Below are positions 9,102-18,261 of a stretch of 34,746 nt of DNA, piece by piece. The stretch is taken from the IMG/VR virus record IMGVR_UViG_3300030010_000010, positions 1 through 34,746 of that record; one strand, 5' to 3'. Source of the stretch: a virus (taxonomy: Duplodnaviria > Caudoviricetes). A program made the translations under genes and the position numbers. The stretch's first letter is position 1. The number at the start of each line of letters is the position of its first letter. The notes under the pieces were generated by a model. It was not told the DNA's origin, did no database searches, and worked only from the letters and a program-made list of their open reading frames with translations.

Positions 9102-9130
9102 TCCCCCCTCTGCACTGGGATTACATTTTT
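9098..9130 (+). terminator. Rho-independent terminator (contains direct repeat copy 2)
   Basis: Stem GTAATCCC/GGGATTAC followed by ATTTTT. Confidence 0.65.
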
Positions 9131-9138
9131 CGGCGTAG

Positions 9139-9167
9139 TTTACAATAACTTCAAGCCATGATAAAGT
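9139..9167 (+). promoter_or_regulatory. Sigma70-type promoter for head operon
   Basis: TTTACA-N17-TAAAGT with extended -10 TG, immediately after terminator and before AAGGAG RBS. Confidence 0.6.
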
Positions 9168-9197
9168 AGCTAGACCAGTTCAACAAGGAGCTCCAAA

Positions 9198-9356
9198 ATG
9201 GGACGTTTGGCTAAGGTAATGAGTAAACAAGTCCAACCCGGACTGAAGTGCTACAAGTCGGGTGGGGCAATCAAGCATGATGATGAAGCGGCCGACAAGA
9301 AGTTGATCGCTGCTGAACTCAAGAAAAAGGGTCTGAAGAAAGGGGGTAAGTGCTGA
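9198..9356 (+). CDS. Small basic protein (52 aa) with two xKxGG motifs
   Basis: AAGGAG RBS; MGRLAKVMSKQVQPGLKCYKSGGAIKHDDEAADKKLIAAELKKKGLKKGGKC; TGATG coupling to next ORF. Confidence 0.75.
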   Translation: MGRLAKVMSKQVQPGLKCYKSGGAIKHDDEAADKKLIAAELKKKGLKKGGKC

Positions 9357-9523
9357 TGGCTAACCACAAAGTTACTTACGCTGATGGCTCCACGGATGTC
9401 ATGTCCTTTGATGGTCCGTCCGAGGTGCTCTTTGAGCAACTCTTCAGTTCCTGTTCGGATGAGGTTCGTGAGAAATGCTCCGTCGATGAGGTGAAAGCCC
9501 CTACGTCCGCTAAGAAGAAGTAA
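9356..9523 (+). CDS. Hypothetical protein (55 aa)
   Basis: MANHKVTYADGSTDVMSFDG...SAKKK; stop/start overlaps at both ends. Confidence 0.7.
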   Translation: MANHKVTYADGSTDVMSFDGPSEVLFEQLFSSCSDEVREKCSVDEVKAPTSAKKK

Positions 9524-9705
9524 TGTCCTTAGACGGATTCGTCCATCAATACATTGGTCTCCTTAAATCGGAGATCAATGATTGTCAGGCCATCCTGGCC
9601 ACCAAAGACTTCGAGAAGATGTCTGATTTCACCAAAGTTCAAGGAAAGCTTCAAGGTCTTCAAGAGGCTCTCAATTTGCTTAAGGCGATTCCCGAAGAAG
9701 ACTAA
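9523..9705 (+). CDS. Small helical protein typical upstream of phage GroES
   Basis: 60 aa, FTKVQGKLQGLQEAL helix; TAATG coupling. Confidence 0.7.
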   Translation: MSLDGFVHQYIGLLKSEINDCQAILATKDFEKMSDFTKVQGKLQGLQEALNLLKAIPEED

Positions 9706-9728
9706 CCCAGCTCTGAAAGAGAGTTTAT

Positions 9729-10136
9729 ATGATTCCTGCAAGTGATTTGGTTGACGCATTCCCCACAGTAGTCCCTGGAGTAATCCCACTGGGAGCCCGC
9801 GTTTTAGTTCAACTCAGAACTGTACGCGAAAAAACACAAGGGGGGATCTTCATCGTGGAAGACACCCGAGACTTCAATAAGGCCAACACTCAACTGGGTC
9901 GGATCTACCAGCTTGGCCCCATTGCCTTCCGTAACCGTGACACAGGCATGCTCTGGAAAGAGGGTGTTTGGGCAGTCCCGGGTGACTATGTCCGCATTCC
10001 CAAGTGGGGTGGCGATCGCTTCGAGCGAAAGGTCCCCGGAACCGACGACAAGGCCATGTTCTGCATCTTCTCGGATCACGAGATCATCGCGAAGGTGGAC
10101 CCTGAAGCCTTTGAAGACCTGGATGAGGTGAAATGA
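9729..10136 (+). CDS. groES: GroES/Cpn10-like co-chaperonin
   Basis: PLGARVLVQ...EKTQGGIFI...GRIYQLGP...PGDYVRIPKWGG...DHEIIAKV. Confidence 0.85.
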   Translation: MIPASDLVDAFPTVVPGVIPLGARVLVQLRTVREKTQGGIFIVEDTRDFNKANTQLGRIYQLGPIAFRNRDTGMLWKEGVWAVPGDYVRIPKWGGDRFERKVPGTDDKAMFCIFSDHEIIAKVDPEAFEDLDEVK

Positions 10137-11086
10137 TGGCAAACGAGGAATTGGATGACGATATCATCGTCGAGATTGAAGGCGAAGAACCTGATGAGCC
10201 GAACCTGGCTGAAGGGGGCGAAGTAAAAGCGGGAGATGAGGATGACGGTGAAGATGAACACCTGACTGACGTCGCCACTGAGGCGGCTGAGACGGGTGAA
10301 GATCGTGAAGCCATTCGTGAACGTCGTCGCCAGGAACGCCAGGACCGGAAAGCCAAGGCCCGTGAGCGTGAGGATAACCTGAGACGTGAACTCTCCTCCC
10401 GGGATTCCACAATCAATCAACTCAAGGAACGCCTTGATGTCATCGAACGCCGAAGCACTGGTGGAGAGATGGCCCAGATCAAGCAGGCGAAAGAAGAGAC
10501 CGCCAAGGCCTATGCGTACTACAAGGATCAGATCCGAGTAGGCACTGAGTCTCAAAACGGTGCGGCCGTGGCTGATGCCACTGAGAAGCTCTTCCAGATC
10601 CGGGCTAAGGCTGAGCAGCTGGACCGTATCGAGAAGTCTTACACCACGCAAGCGGCTCGTCCTTCCCCCATGGACCCCCGAGTTGCCAATCAGGCGAAGT
10701 CCTGGGCTGAGAAGAACAAGTGGTATGACGTCCGAGGTAGTGACCAAGACTCCAAGGTGGTCCTGATGCTGGATCAAACTCTCGCGGCTGAGGGTTGGGA
10801 TCCTCTCACACCCGAGTACTGGTCCGAGCTGAATGATCGAGTTAAAAAATACCTCCCACATCGTGCTAGTCGTGATAATATTACAACTAGGCAGAAGTCA
10901 GTCGTAGGCGGTTCTGGTCGAGAGACTCCTTCTAACGGTGGTGGTAAGGTTTTTCGGCTGTCGGCGGAGCGGGTCAAAGCTCTGAAGGAAGCCAACAAAT
11001 GGGACGACCCCGTTGAGAGGAATAAAATGATCAAGCAATACCGTGACTACGACCGAAACAATGCCAACGACGAAGGAGCTAGATAA
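10133..11086 (+). CDS. Putative capsid scaffolding protein
   Basis: Acidic N-terminus, charged coiled coil, AKSWAEKNKWY...GWDP...EYWSEL block, upstream of capsid genes. Confidence 0.7.
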   Translation: MMANEELDDDIIVEIEGEEPDEPNLAEGGEVKAGDEDDGEDEHLTDVATEAAETGEDREAIRERRRQERQDRKAKAREREDNLRRELSSRDSTINQLKERLDVIERRSTGGEMAQIKQAKEETAKAYAYYKDQIRVGTESQNGAAVADATEKLFQIRAKAEQLDRIEKSYTTQAARPSPMDPRVANQAKSWAEKNKWYDVRGSDQDSKVVLMLDQTLAAEGWDPLTPEYWSELNDRVKKYLPHRASRDNITTRQKSVVGGSGRETPSNGGGKVFRLSAERVKALKEANKWDDPVERNKMIKQYRDYDRNNANDEGAR

Positions 11087-11631
11087 TGGCTGAAGAGAAG
11101 AGTATTATGGGTGGTGATAACCGCCTGACCAAGACCACGACTCGGGATGACCGGAGCTCCGCCGATGCTGAACGCATCAACAAAGATGGCACTGCGCTGA
11201 CCATGAAAGAGCGGATGGCAATGATCCGCAATGAGTGGACTCAGGATGTGTTGCCATCTCCCCCGAAAGTGGATGGCTGGCATTTTTGCTGGCTGTCGAC
11301 TACTAACTCCTCGGATCCAATCTACAAGCGGATGCAAAAGGGTTATGTTCCTGTCATGTCGAAGGACCTGATGGGGTTCACTCAGTCGAAAGTGACTGAG
11401 GGGGAATTCGAGGGAGTAGTATCTTGCAATGAGATGCTTCTGTTCAAGATTGAGGAAGAGGTTTATCAAGATATCATGCTATATCTGCACCATGAACTTC
11501 CGATGTCCGAAGAAGAGATTCTCAAGGCGAATGCCAAACCTCAAGGCGAAGACAAGGATGGACAAGAGCTGGGCAGCATCGAGGGTTTCAACACCCTGGC
11601 CCGCAAAGTCCCAATACCCCATTTCTCTTAA
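11086..11631 (+). CDS. Conserved head-module hypothetical protein
   Basis: GWHFCWLSTTN...RMQKGYVPV...NEMLLFKI; coupled to scaffold gene. Confidence 0.7.
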   Translation: MAEEKSIMGGDNRLTKTTTRDDRSSADAERINKDGTALTMKERMAMIRNEWTQDVLPSPPKVDGWHFCWLSTTNSSDPIYKRMQKGYVPVMSKDLMGFTQSKVTEGEFEGVVSCNEMLLFKIEEEVYQDIMLYLHHELPMSEEEILKANAKPQGEDKDGQELGSIEGFNTLARKVPIPHFS

Positions 11632-11642
11632 GGAACTGAACT

Positions 11643-12212
11643 ATGAGCCTCACCGCTTCTCCCTTCGGTTTCGGTTGCCGCTATCACCCCACGGGGCAGA
11701 CCCGGGCAAACCGATACGTCATTGATACTGCATACGCCACGGCAATTGGCTATGGTGATGCCGTCATCCTCAACACCAACGGCACCATTACCGTCGGCGC
11801 TGCTGCCCAGGATCTTCTCGGAACCTTTGCTGGTTGCGAGTATATCGATCCAACTGGCAAGCCGACAACCTCCAAGAACTGGCCCGGCACGACTGGCTGT
11901 ACCAACATCTTCTGCTACGTCTACGATGATGCTTTGAATGTCTTCGAAGCTCAGTTCGCGGCTACGGCATCGGGTGATGTACAAGCGGCTATCGGTGATC
12001 AAGTCGACCTGGTAGCTGGCACTCCGAATGCCTCCACGGGTCAATCGACTCAGGCGCTGAATGCGACGCTCAAGGGCGCTGGTGTTCAAGGCCAATTCCG
12101 TATCATCGGCTTCGGTCCGGACGGCGTCTACGATGCCACTCTGAACCCCTTCCCAACCGCACTTCTGCAGATCGCACGGCATCAGTATATCGCCGTGAAG
12201 ACCGCAATCTAA
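11643..12212 (+). CDS. Putative minor capsid/decoration protein
   Basis: A/G/T-rich beta protein (PFGF, IGYGDAV, GTFAGCEY, YVYDD) directly before the major capsid gene. Confidence 0.65.
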   Translation: MSLTASPFGFGCRYHPTGQTRANRYVIDTAYATAIGYGDAVILNTNGTITVGAAAQDLLGTFAGCEYIDPTGKPTTSKNWPGTTGCTNIFCYVYDDALNVFEAQFAATASGDVQAAIGDQVDLVAGTPNASTGQSTQALNATLKGAGVQGQFRIIGFGPDGVYDATLNPFPTALLQIARHQYIAVKTAI

Positions 12213-12227
12213 CCCAAGGAGCTTAAA

Positions 12228-13139
12228 ATGGCTGGTGCAATTATGCGTAACACCCAGTTCCGCTCCATCGTGGAACCCATCCTGAACTCATCGTTCGATG
12301 GTGTCTATGATCAACGGGCGGATGAATACAAGGCGGTCTTTGCCGAAGAGAATGGCACGGCTCGTTCCTACCATGAAGAAGTGGTTCTGTATGGTTTGGG
12401 CGCAGCTCCACTCCTGCCGGACGGTCAAGCCGTCACCTATGACGAGGGCGGTCAGCTCTACGTGAAACGCTACACCTATGATGTCTATGGGTTGGCCTTT
12501 GCGTTGACCCAGGTTCTCGTTGAAGATGGCGAACACATCTCGGTCGGAACCAAGTTCTCCAAGCACTTGGCTCAATCCATGACGGAGTCCCTGGAGACCG
12601 TCACCTGTAACCACCTGAACCGTTCGTTCAACAGTTCGTACAAGGGTGGTGATGGTGTCGAGCTCTTCTCGGCCAGTCACCCGGTGATCGGTGGGGTCCA
12701 ATCCAACATCCTGCTCTCGGCCGCCCTGTCGCAGACTTCGTTGGAGCAGGCACTGATCCAGATTCGTCAAACCAAGGATTCCCGTGGTAAGCCGATCCGC
12801 GTCATGCCGAAACAGCTGATCGTTCATCCGTCGAACATGCTGGTCGCTGAAGTGCTGCTGAACTCCGTTCTGCGTGCTGGTACCAACAACAACGACCTGA
12901 ATCCAGTGAAGTCTTCAGGGCTGGTGTCCAAAGTCACTGACCTTTCCCGCCTCACCTCGGCTCCCGCCTGGTTCGTCCAGACGGATGCTCAGGACGGCCT
13001 GAAGGTTCTCTGGCGTCGGAAGCTGAAGAAGGCCATGGAGGGTGACTTCGAAACTGATAGCATCCGTTACAAATCCACCATGCGTTTTGGTTCCGGTTGG
13101 ACCGACTGGCGTGGGGCCTTTGGTAACCAGGGCGTCTAA
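12228..13139 (+). CDS. Major capsid protein (HK97 fold, Mu gpT-like)
   Basis: 303 aa; EEVVLYGLGAAP, YGLAFALT, GGDGVELFSASHP, PKQLIVHP, EGDFETDSIRYK...GWTDWRG; strong RBS and 3' hairpin. Confidence 0.88.
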   Translation: MAGAIMRNTQFRSIVEPILNSSFDGVYDQRADEYKAVFAEENGTARSYHEEVVLYGLGAAPLLPDGQAVTYDEGGQLYVKRYTYDVYGLAFALTQVLVEDGEHISVGTKFSKHLAQSMTESLETVTCNHLNRSFNSSYKGGDGVELFSASHPVIGGVQSNILLSAALSQTSLEQALIQIRQTKDSRGKPIRVMPKQLIVHPSNMLVAEVLLNSVLRAGTNNNDLNPVKSSGLVSKVTDLSRLTSAPAWFVQTDAQDGLKVLWRRKLKKAMEGDFETDSIRYKSTMRFGSGWTDWRGAFGNQGV

Positions 13140-13144
13140 ACCTT

Positions 13145-13166
13145 GTGGGGGGCTTCGGCCCCCTAC
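13145..13166 (+). terminator. UUCG-tetraloop hairpin after capsid gene (weak terminator or stability element)
   Basis: GTGGGGGGC-TTCG-GCCCCCTAC; no real U tract. Confidence 0.6.
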
Positions 13167-13185
13167 TCCCAACTAGGAGATACAT

Positions 13186-13623
13186 ATGGGAACATACTCA
13201 CAAGGTGCACATACCTCAGGCTCTACTCCAACGCCCTCCAGGGATGTAGGTTTGGCCACCTTCTCGCAAACCATCAACATTCAAGCTGGAGGCTTGGCAA
13301 CTGCGGATATCATTGCATACTTGCCAGATGGCGCACAGATTCTTGACTGGAATCTGGACACAACCGTACTGCATACCTCAGCTTCCGCCACGCTTTCCGG
13401 TGGCACAACGGCCGGTGGTACTGATCTGTTTTCAGCCACCAACGTGCTTGCAGCTGGTCGAGCCACCCCCATCTTGACTGGTCCGCAGGTCTTAGCACAA
13501 CTGGCACTTCCGCACGTGTCAGGACAAACCGACACGCCAGTGTACTTCAGACTTGCTTTGGGTACTCCGACTTCAGTCGGAACAACCAAGGTCAATGTTC
13601 GATACGCCATTCGACTGAACTAA
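13186..13623 (+). CDS. Putative structural/decoration protein
   Basis: 145 aa T/A/G-rich, LPDGAQILD motif, AGGAG RBS. Confidence 0.65.
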   Translation: MGTYSQGAHTSGSTPTPSRDVGLATFSQTINIQAGGLATADIIAYLPDGAQILDWNLDTTVLHTSASATLSGGTTAGGTDLFSATNVLAAGRATPILTGPQVLAQLALPHVSGQTDTPVYFRLALGTPTSVGTTKVNVRYAIRLN

Positions 13624-13647
13624 AGAACGGGGCTTCGGCCCCTTCTT
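13623..13647 (+). terminator. UUCG-tetraloop hairpin
   Basis: AAGAA-C-GGGGC-TTCG-GCCCC-TTCTT; core identical to the 13149-13162 hairpin. Confidence 0.6.
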
Positions 13648-13660
13648 CAAGGAGAGAATT

Positions 13661-13936
13661 ATGGAAGGTTTGCCAGTAGCATATAAGCCCATGGCTGCCA
13701 GTGGGGTGGTCAAGCCAATTGGTGGAGAAGTCTATGGGTGGATTTGCCTGACCTCGGCCGCCGGCACCATCACAGTGTATGATGATAATGCTGGACCCTC
13801 AGGCAATGTCCTTATGGGTCCTGTTGCCTTGGTGGCGGGAACATCATTCAACTTCAGCTCAATCGCTGTGCGTACCTCCAAAGGTATCTACATTGCGATC
13901 GGCGGAGCGGCGACACTGAATTTTCTTTACAACTAG
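13661..13936 (+). CDS. Small putative structural protein
   Basis: 91 aa beta-rich (GTITVYD...GIYIAIGG), AAGGAG RBS. Confidence 0.7.
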   Translation: MEGLPVAYKPMAASGVVKPIGGEVYGWICLTSAAGTITVYDDNAGPSGNVLMGPVALVAGTSFNFSSIAVRTSKGIYIAIGGAATLNFLYN

Positions 13937-13970
13937 ACTACTTTCGAGTTATAATTAAGTAACTTGAAAG
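13926..13970 (+). promoter_or_regulatory. Sigma70-type promoter overlapped by an inverted repeat
   Basis: TTTACA-N18-TATAAT (13926-13955); CTTTCGAGTTA-N8-TAACTTGAAAG inverted repeat (13941-13970). Confidence 0.55.
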
Positions 13971-13979
13971 GGGAGACTA

Positions 13980-14945
13980 GTGGCTACTTCAGGTACCGTT
14001 GGCCAGACAGTAATCAGTACCGCGAAGGTCTTGGAACATGCCCTTCGTCGTTGCCAGATCCCCACGTCGAACCAAACTCCAGAAACGGTGCTCATTGCGG
14101 AGGAGTGTCTATACCTCCTCCTCATGCACTACGCGAACACCAGCTTCAATCTCTGGTGTGTAGATAAGGTCTTCATCGGATACCAGGATGGTCGGAAAGA
14201 CTATCCTCTACCTACTGGTTCCAATGATGTCTTGAATGTTCTCCACTGCACCCCGCAGCTGGCCACCAAAACTACTCTCATAGTTAACGTTCAGACACTG
14301 GATCAATTCTACCGAGTGGTTCGAGTAGGGGTCAAGTTCTCCGTTCTCCCCCTGGTTGATTTCATCATTAGTACTTCAGCTGATGGAGTAACTTACACCG
14401 ACCGAAAGAGCGCGAGGGTTACAGACCTTAGTGACTCCTCTCTAACCTATTGGTATGAGTTTGACCCAGCGGTCAACTGTAAGTATGTTCAGGTGAGCTC
14501 AGGTACAGTCTCTTCCATGCTAGTGGCGACAAGTACCACTGACATCCCCGTATCGCAGCTCAATCGTGATATGTACTCAGGGCTTCCTAATAAGGATATG
14601 CCATCATCCACAGTGACCAATTACCTGTTTGGAAAGACTCTGGATCCATTCCTGACCCTCTGGCCCGTTCCGAATGATGAGACCCGTCACCTAATGCTTT
14701 GGGTTCATAGGAACATCCAGGATGTAGGAAGGCTAACTCAGGTCCTGGCTATTCCACAACGGTGGTTCGAGTCTACGATCATTCAACTGGCCTTTAGGTT
14801 GAGCTTAGAGCTCCCTGGGGTTCCTGATGCCCGTATTCAACTGCTTTCTGGGCTGGCTGCCAAGTTCCAGATTGAGGCTTCGGGAGAAGAAACTGATTCT
14901 GCTCCTATATTCCTTCAGCCCCGCATTGGTTCCTACACTAAGTAA
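13980..14945 (+). CDS. Putative head-tail connector/tail tubular protein
   Basis: MATSGT...LEHALRRC...NLWCV...LNRDMYSGLPNK...LWPVP...IQDVG...IPQRW pattern typical of podovirus adaptor proteins. Confidence 0.65.
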   Translation: MATSGTVGQTVISTAKVLEHALRRCQIPTSNQTPETVLIAEECLYLLLMHYANTSFNLWCVDKVFIGYQDGRKDYPLPTGSNDVLNVLHCTPQLATKTTLIVNVQTLDQFYRVVRVGVKFSVLPLVDFIISTSADGVTYTDRKSARVTDLSDSSLTYWYEFDPAVNCKYVQVSSGTVSSMLVATSTTDIPVSQLNRDMYSGLPNKDMPSSTVTNYLFGKTLDPFLTLWPVPNDETRHLMLWVHRNIQDVGRLTQVLAIPQRWFESTIIQLAFRLSLELPGVPDARIQLLSGLAAKFQIEASGEETDSAPIFLQPRIGSYTK

Positions 14946-14947
14946 TC

Positions 14948-15160
14948 ATGCCCAGATACCTAACTCCCCGTGGTCCGATCGCCGTCTGTGGACGCTGTGG
15001 TTTCAAGATGCAGCATCGAGATCTAACTGAGGATCGCAACGTTCCGGGTCTTTGGGTCTGTGAGGAATGCAATGATGAGAGAGACCCATATAAGCTTCCC
15101 CCACCCCGCCCAGATAACATCAACATTGATCACCCCCGCCCTGATGAGCCACTGGTATGA
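14948..15160 (+). CDS. Small zinc-ribbon protein
   Basis: CGRCG...CEEC, PRPD C-terminus. Confidence 0.75.
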   Translation: MPRYLTPRGPIAVCGRCGFKMQHRDLTEDRNVPGLWVCEECNDERDPYKLPPPRPDNINIDHPRPDEPLV

Positions 15161-15789
15161 CAGCCCCTGAAGCCCTAACCTACGATAAGCTGGTATCTCA
15201 GATCATCCTGTATTGTGAGCGAGCTGGGGACCAAGACTTCATTGATGAGATCCCGAACCTCATCATGCTAGCTGAGCAACGCCTGGCACTCGAGGCTAAG
15301 GGACTAGGCTTCTTGAGGGTAGTATCTGGAAACCTGGCTATCAATGATCCTGTACTCTCCAAGCCTGATCGCTGGAGACAGACAAAAAGCTTCTTCTACA
15401 CCAACTTGACTGGAAAAGCCCACTATCTTCGGCCTCGGAAGTATGAGTATTGCCGAATTTACGCTGCTGGGGAGGTCGCTGCGCCCCCCGAGTTTTATTC
15501 CGATTATGACTTCGACCACTATTTTCTGGCGCTTACCCCCGACCAATCCTACGCCTTTGAGCTCTCATACTATGAGCGCCCCACCCCTCTGTCAAGCTCA
15601 GTCCAGACCAACTGGACTACTCGTTATGCTCCACAGCTGATTCTATACGCCTGCTTGCTAGAAGCTCAGCCCTTCCTGAAGGATACGAATCTCCTGGGCA
15701 TGTGGCAGTCTCAATATGCCGAGATCATTGCTTCGCTCCAGAAAGAGGATGCGGAGCACAACCATGATAATACCGAGGATGGAAGATGA
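15157..15789 (+). CDS. Putative head-tail adaptor
   Basis: IPNLIMLAEQRL...TPDQSYAFELSYY...TNWTTRYAPQLILYACLLEAQPFLK. Confidence 0.7.
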   Translation: MTAPEALTYDKLVSQIILYCERAGDQDFIDEIPNLIMLAEQRLALEAKGLGFLRVVSGNLAINDPVLSKPDRWRQTKSFFYTNLTGKAHYLRPRKYEYCRIYAAGEVAAPPEFYSDYDFDHYFLALTPDQSYAFELSYYERPTPLSSSVQTNWTTRYAPQLILYACLLEAQPFLKDTNLLGMWQSQYAEIIASLQKEDAEHNHDNTEDGR

Positions 15790-17810
15790 GTAATTTTACT
15801 GATGTATTCAGCAACGGCTTAATTCCGCCATCCTCTGACGCGTACTCTAGCATAACGATAAACACTGACCAGCATCTAGTGTGGCCATATAACTACAATG
15901 GAACCAGTCTGCTGCTGACCAAAATCCTGGACGTCAACTGTTCTGCTGGTAATAAGCTTTACTTACCATCGGTGACGGAGGTGTCTACTGGCGAGTCAGT
16001 GATTGTACGCAACACTGGAGTTAACTCGCTACAGATTCTAGACTTTGCAAGCCACTCTCTTTTTACTCTGCTTCCCGGCATAGCCCAGTATTTCTGGGTA
16101 CGTGATAACACGATTGATGCCTCTAGTAGCTGGGGACAGATTACCTATGGAGCGGGTACAGCTACCGCAGCCGCGGTTGACTTAGCTGGAAAAGGCTTGA
16201 CTGTAGACTTGGGTAAACTGGCAGTTGACTCGCCAATGGAATACTGCACGGCCCTAACTATAGTGCTTCAGAGCACTGATCGTGGAGCAATACTTAACTT
16301 CAATCAAGGGGCTGCAGCCCTACACCTGCTAGACGGGGCTAACTATGCGAATGGGTTCTACTGCTTTGTAAAGAACTCCGGAACTGGTACTGTAAGCATC
16401 TCCTCGATTACTGGACAGCTTATAGATGGACAAGTGAGCCTTGGGTTACAGCCCATGGAATCACTGATTCTTAACTACTCGGGGGGAGAGTGGTTCACTG
16501 TGGGATATGGTCGCAGTACCCTATACCAGTTCTCTCAGCTGTTGCTGGACGTGTCAGCTGGCGGGATCTTTACTCTGAGCTCTGCACAGGCCAGCAACAA
16601 GATGCTAACCTTCATAGGAAATCCAGCGTCAGATGTACTAGTAAGAGTACCCGCCATAGTGGCTGTGTATTACCTAGCATGCAACATTACAACTGCAGTC
16701 AACGTGCAGGTGGCCACACCTTCAGACACAGGAATAACTCTTCACCAGACTCAACGATCTGTAGTATTGTGTGATGGGGCTACGGTGGCTGCCGCGCAGT
16801 CGGCTTCAGTGACCACGGCGTTGAGTATGCTGGATGGTACTGTGGCAGCACCCGCCTTGAACTTCGCATCTAAAACAAATACTGGCATCTATAAGTATGG
16901 CACTCAAGGCATTGGCTTCTCGGTAAATGGGATAGCGCAGTGGTACACTAATGGGGGCGGCACTATATTCCCGCTATTGACCACGTTACTTGGTAACCAG
17001 ACTTTCGGCGGAACCGCTCCGAGAATCACCGGCGACATGAGCAACGCCACGCTAGCCAGCCGCTTAATGCTGCAGAGTAGTACCGTAAACGGTGCAACAG
17101 ACGTAGGTGTTATGCCCAATGGAACATCGACAACAGCTGGGATCACTGCATACAACGCAGCAGATACTACTAACGCATCGACAACCACGCTACAAACGAC
17201 TTCAACTCAGTCAAAAGTTATAGCAGGTAAGACCGGCTCCGGCTCATACAAACCCCTCGCTCTGAATGTCGGCGGCGTTGATATAGTTACGTGCAGCGTC
17301 GCAGGCGATGTTCTTATCGCGTCAACTGGAGAACTTCAGTTCTTCACAACAGGCTACGGTATCAAAGCATCTACTGGACTAGAGATAAAAACTACTGATT
17401 TCATTCGTTTTATGAAAGGAACGACAGAGCAAGCTAGGGTCGATACCAATGGGAACCTTATCGTTACGAGCGCAACTGGCGGTCTAGGTTACGGGACTGG
17501 GGCTGGTGGGGCTGTAACGCAGACGACGAGTAAGGCAACAGCAGTTACGCTGAATAAACCCTGTGGACAGATTACAATGAATGGCGCAGCTTTGGCCGCA
17601 GGGGCGACCGTAGCATTTACATTTACCAACTCACTAATAGGCATGTACGATGTTATTGACATACAACCTGTTGGCGCTTGGGCCAATTACACTGTCAAGG
17701 CATACCCCTATCTATCCAATGCTGCTATCTCTATAACTAACACATCTGCTGGGCCGCTGTCGGATGTCGTTGTCCTCACCTTCAATCTGCACAAAGGATC
17801 AATCACATGA
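15786..17810 (+). CDS. Tail fibre/tail spike protein
   Basis: 674 aa T/G/S-rich; DGTVAAPALNFASKTNTGIY fibre motif; C-terminal GAGGAVTQTTSKATAVTLNKPCGQITM module. Confidence 0.75.
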   Translation: MSNFTDVFSNGLIPPSSDAYSSITINTDQHLVWPYNYNGTSLLLTKILDVNCSAGNKLYLPSVTEVSTGESVIVRNTGVNSLQILDFASHSLFTLLPGIAQYFWVRDNTIDASSSWGQITYGAGTATAAAVDLAGKGLTVDLGKLAVDSPMEYCTALTIVLQSTDRGAILNFNQGAAALHLLDGANYANGFYCFVKNSGTGTVSISSITGQLIDGQVSLGLQPMESLILNYSGGEWFTVGYGRSTLYQFSQLLLDVSAGGIFTLSSAQASNKMLTFIGNPASDVLVRVPAIVAVYYLACNITTAVNVQVATPSDTGITLHQTQRSVVLCDGATVAAAQSASVTTALSMLDGTVAAPALNFASKTNTGIYKYGTQGIGFSVNGIAQWYTNGGGTIFPLLTTLLGNQTFGGTAPRITGDMSNATLASRLMLQSSTVNGATDVGVMPNGTSTTAGITAYNAADTTNASTTTLQTTSTQSKVIAGKTGSGSYKPLALNVGGVDIVTCSVAGDVLIASTGELQFFTTGYGIKASTGLEIKTTDFIRFMKGTTEQARVDTNGNLIVTSATGGLGYGTGAGGAVTQTTSKATAVTLNKPCGQITMNGAALAAGATVAFTFTNSLIGMYDVIDIQPVGAWANYTVKAYPYLSNAAISITNTSAGPLSDVVVLTFNLHKGSIT

Positions 17811-18175
17811 ACACCCTAATTCAAGTATCACACGACCTAAAATCTAATACCCTCGAAGCCACTTGGTTCGGTGATGTTGGCCGAGGTTGTCAGAACTTCA
17901 GCCCTCTACAAATCGACGACTTCAAACTTGTTGCCGGGGAACACGCACAGAAGTACATCGACCTCGCTGGCTGGACTCCTGAATACATCGCTGGTGTGAA
18001 AGCTGCAGAGGAAGCAGAAGCTGCTGAAAAGAAAGCTATCGCCGATGCGGAAGAGGCAGAGCGCAAGGCTAAGCAAGAGAAAGCCGAGAAGGAAGCCTTT
18101 GACGCCGGGGTAGCCAAGCAGGTGGCCATCATGGAAGAGGCTGACAAGGTGTTCAAAGCGAAGAAGGCGAAGTGA
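17807..18175 (+). CDS. Tail-fibre-associated protein with A/E/K coiled coil (possible chaperone)
   Basis: ATGA-coupled to the fibre gene; charged helical C-terminal half. Confidence 0.6.
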   Translation: MNTLIQVSHDLKSNTLEATWFGDVGRGCQNFSPLQIDDFKLVAGEHAQKYIDLAGWTPEYIAGVKAAEEAEAAEKKAIADAEEAERKAKQEKAEKEAFDAGVAKQVAIMEEADKVFKAKKAK

Positions 18176-18261
18176 TGTACTGGCTTCTCCTGATTCCCGT
18201 CGTGCTGATAGTCGCGCTACTTTGGTGGGCGCAGAACTACTATGAGGACTTTTATGACTAA
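18175..18261 (+). CDS. 28-aa single-TM micropeptide
   Basis: MYWLLLIPVVLIVALLWWAQNYYEDFYD; TGATG-coupled to upstream gene, fills the gap exactly. Confidence 0.55.
   Translation: MYWLLLIPVVLIVALLWWAQNYYEDFYD

Noticed and set aside
10076-10861. 261-aa minus-strand ORF
   Set aside because: Antisense shadow of the scaffold gene; no RBS or recognisable motifs
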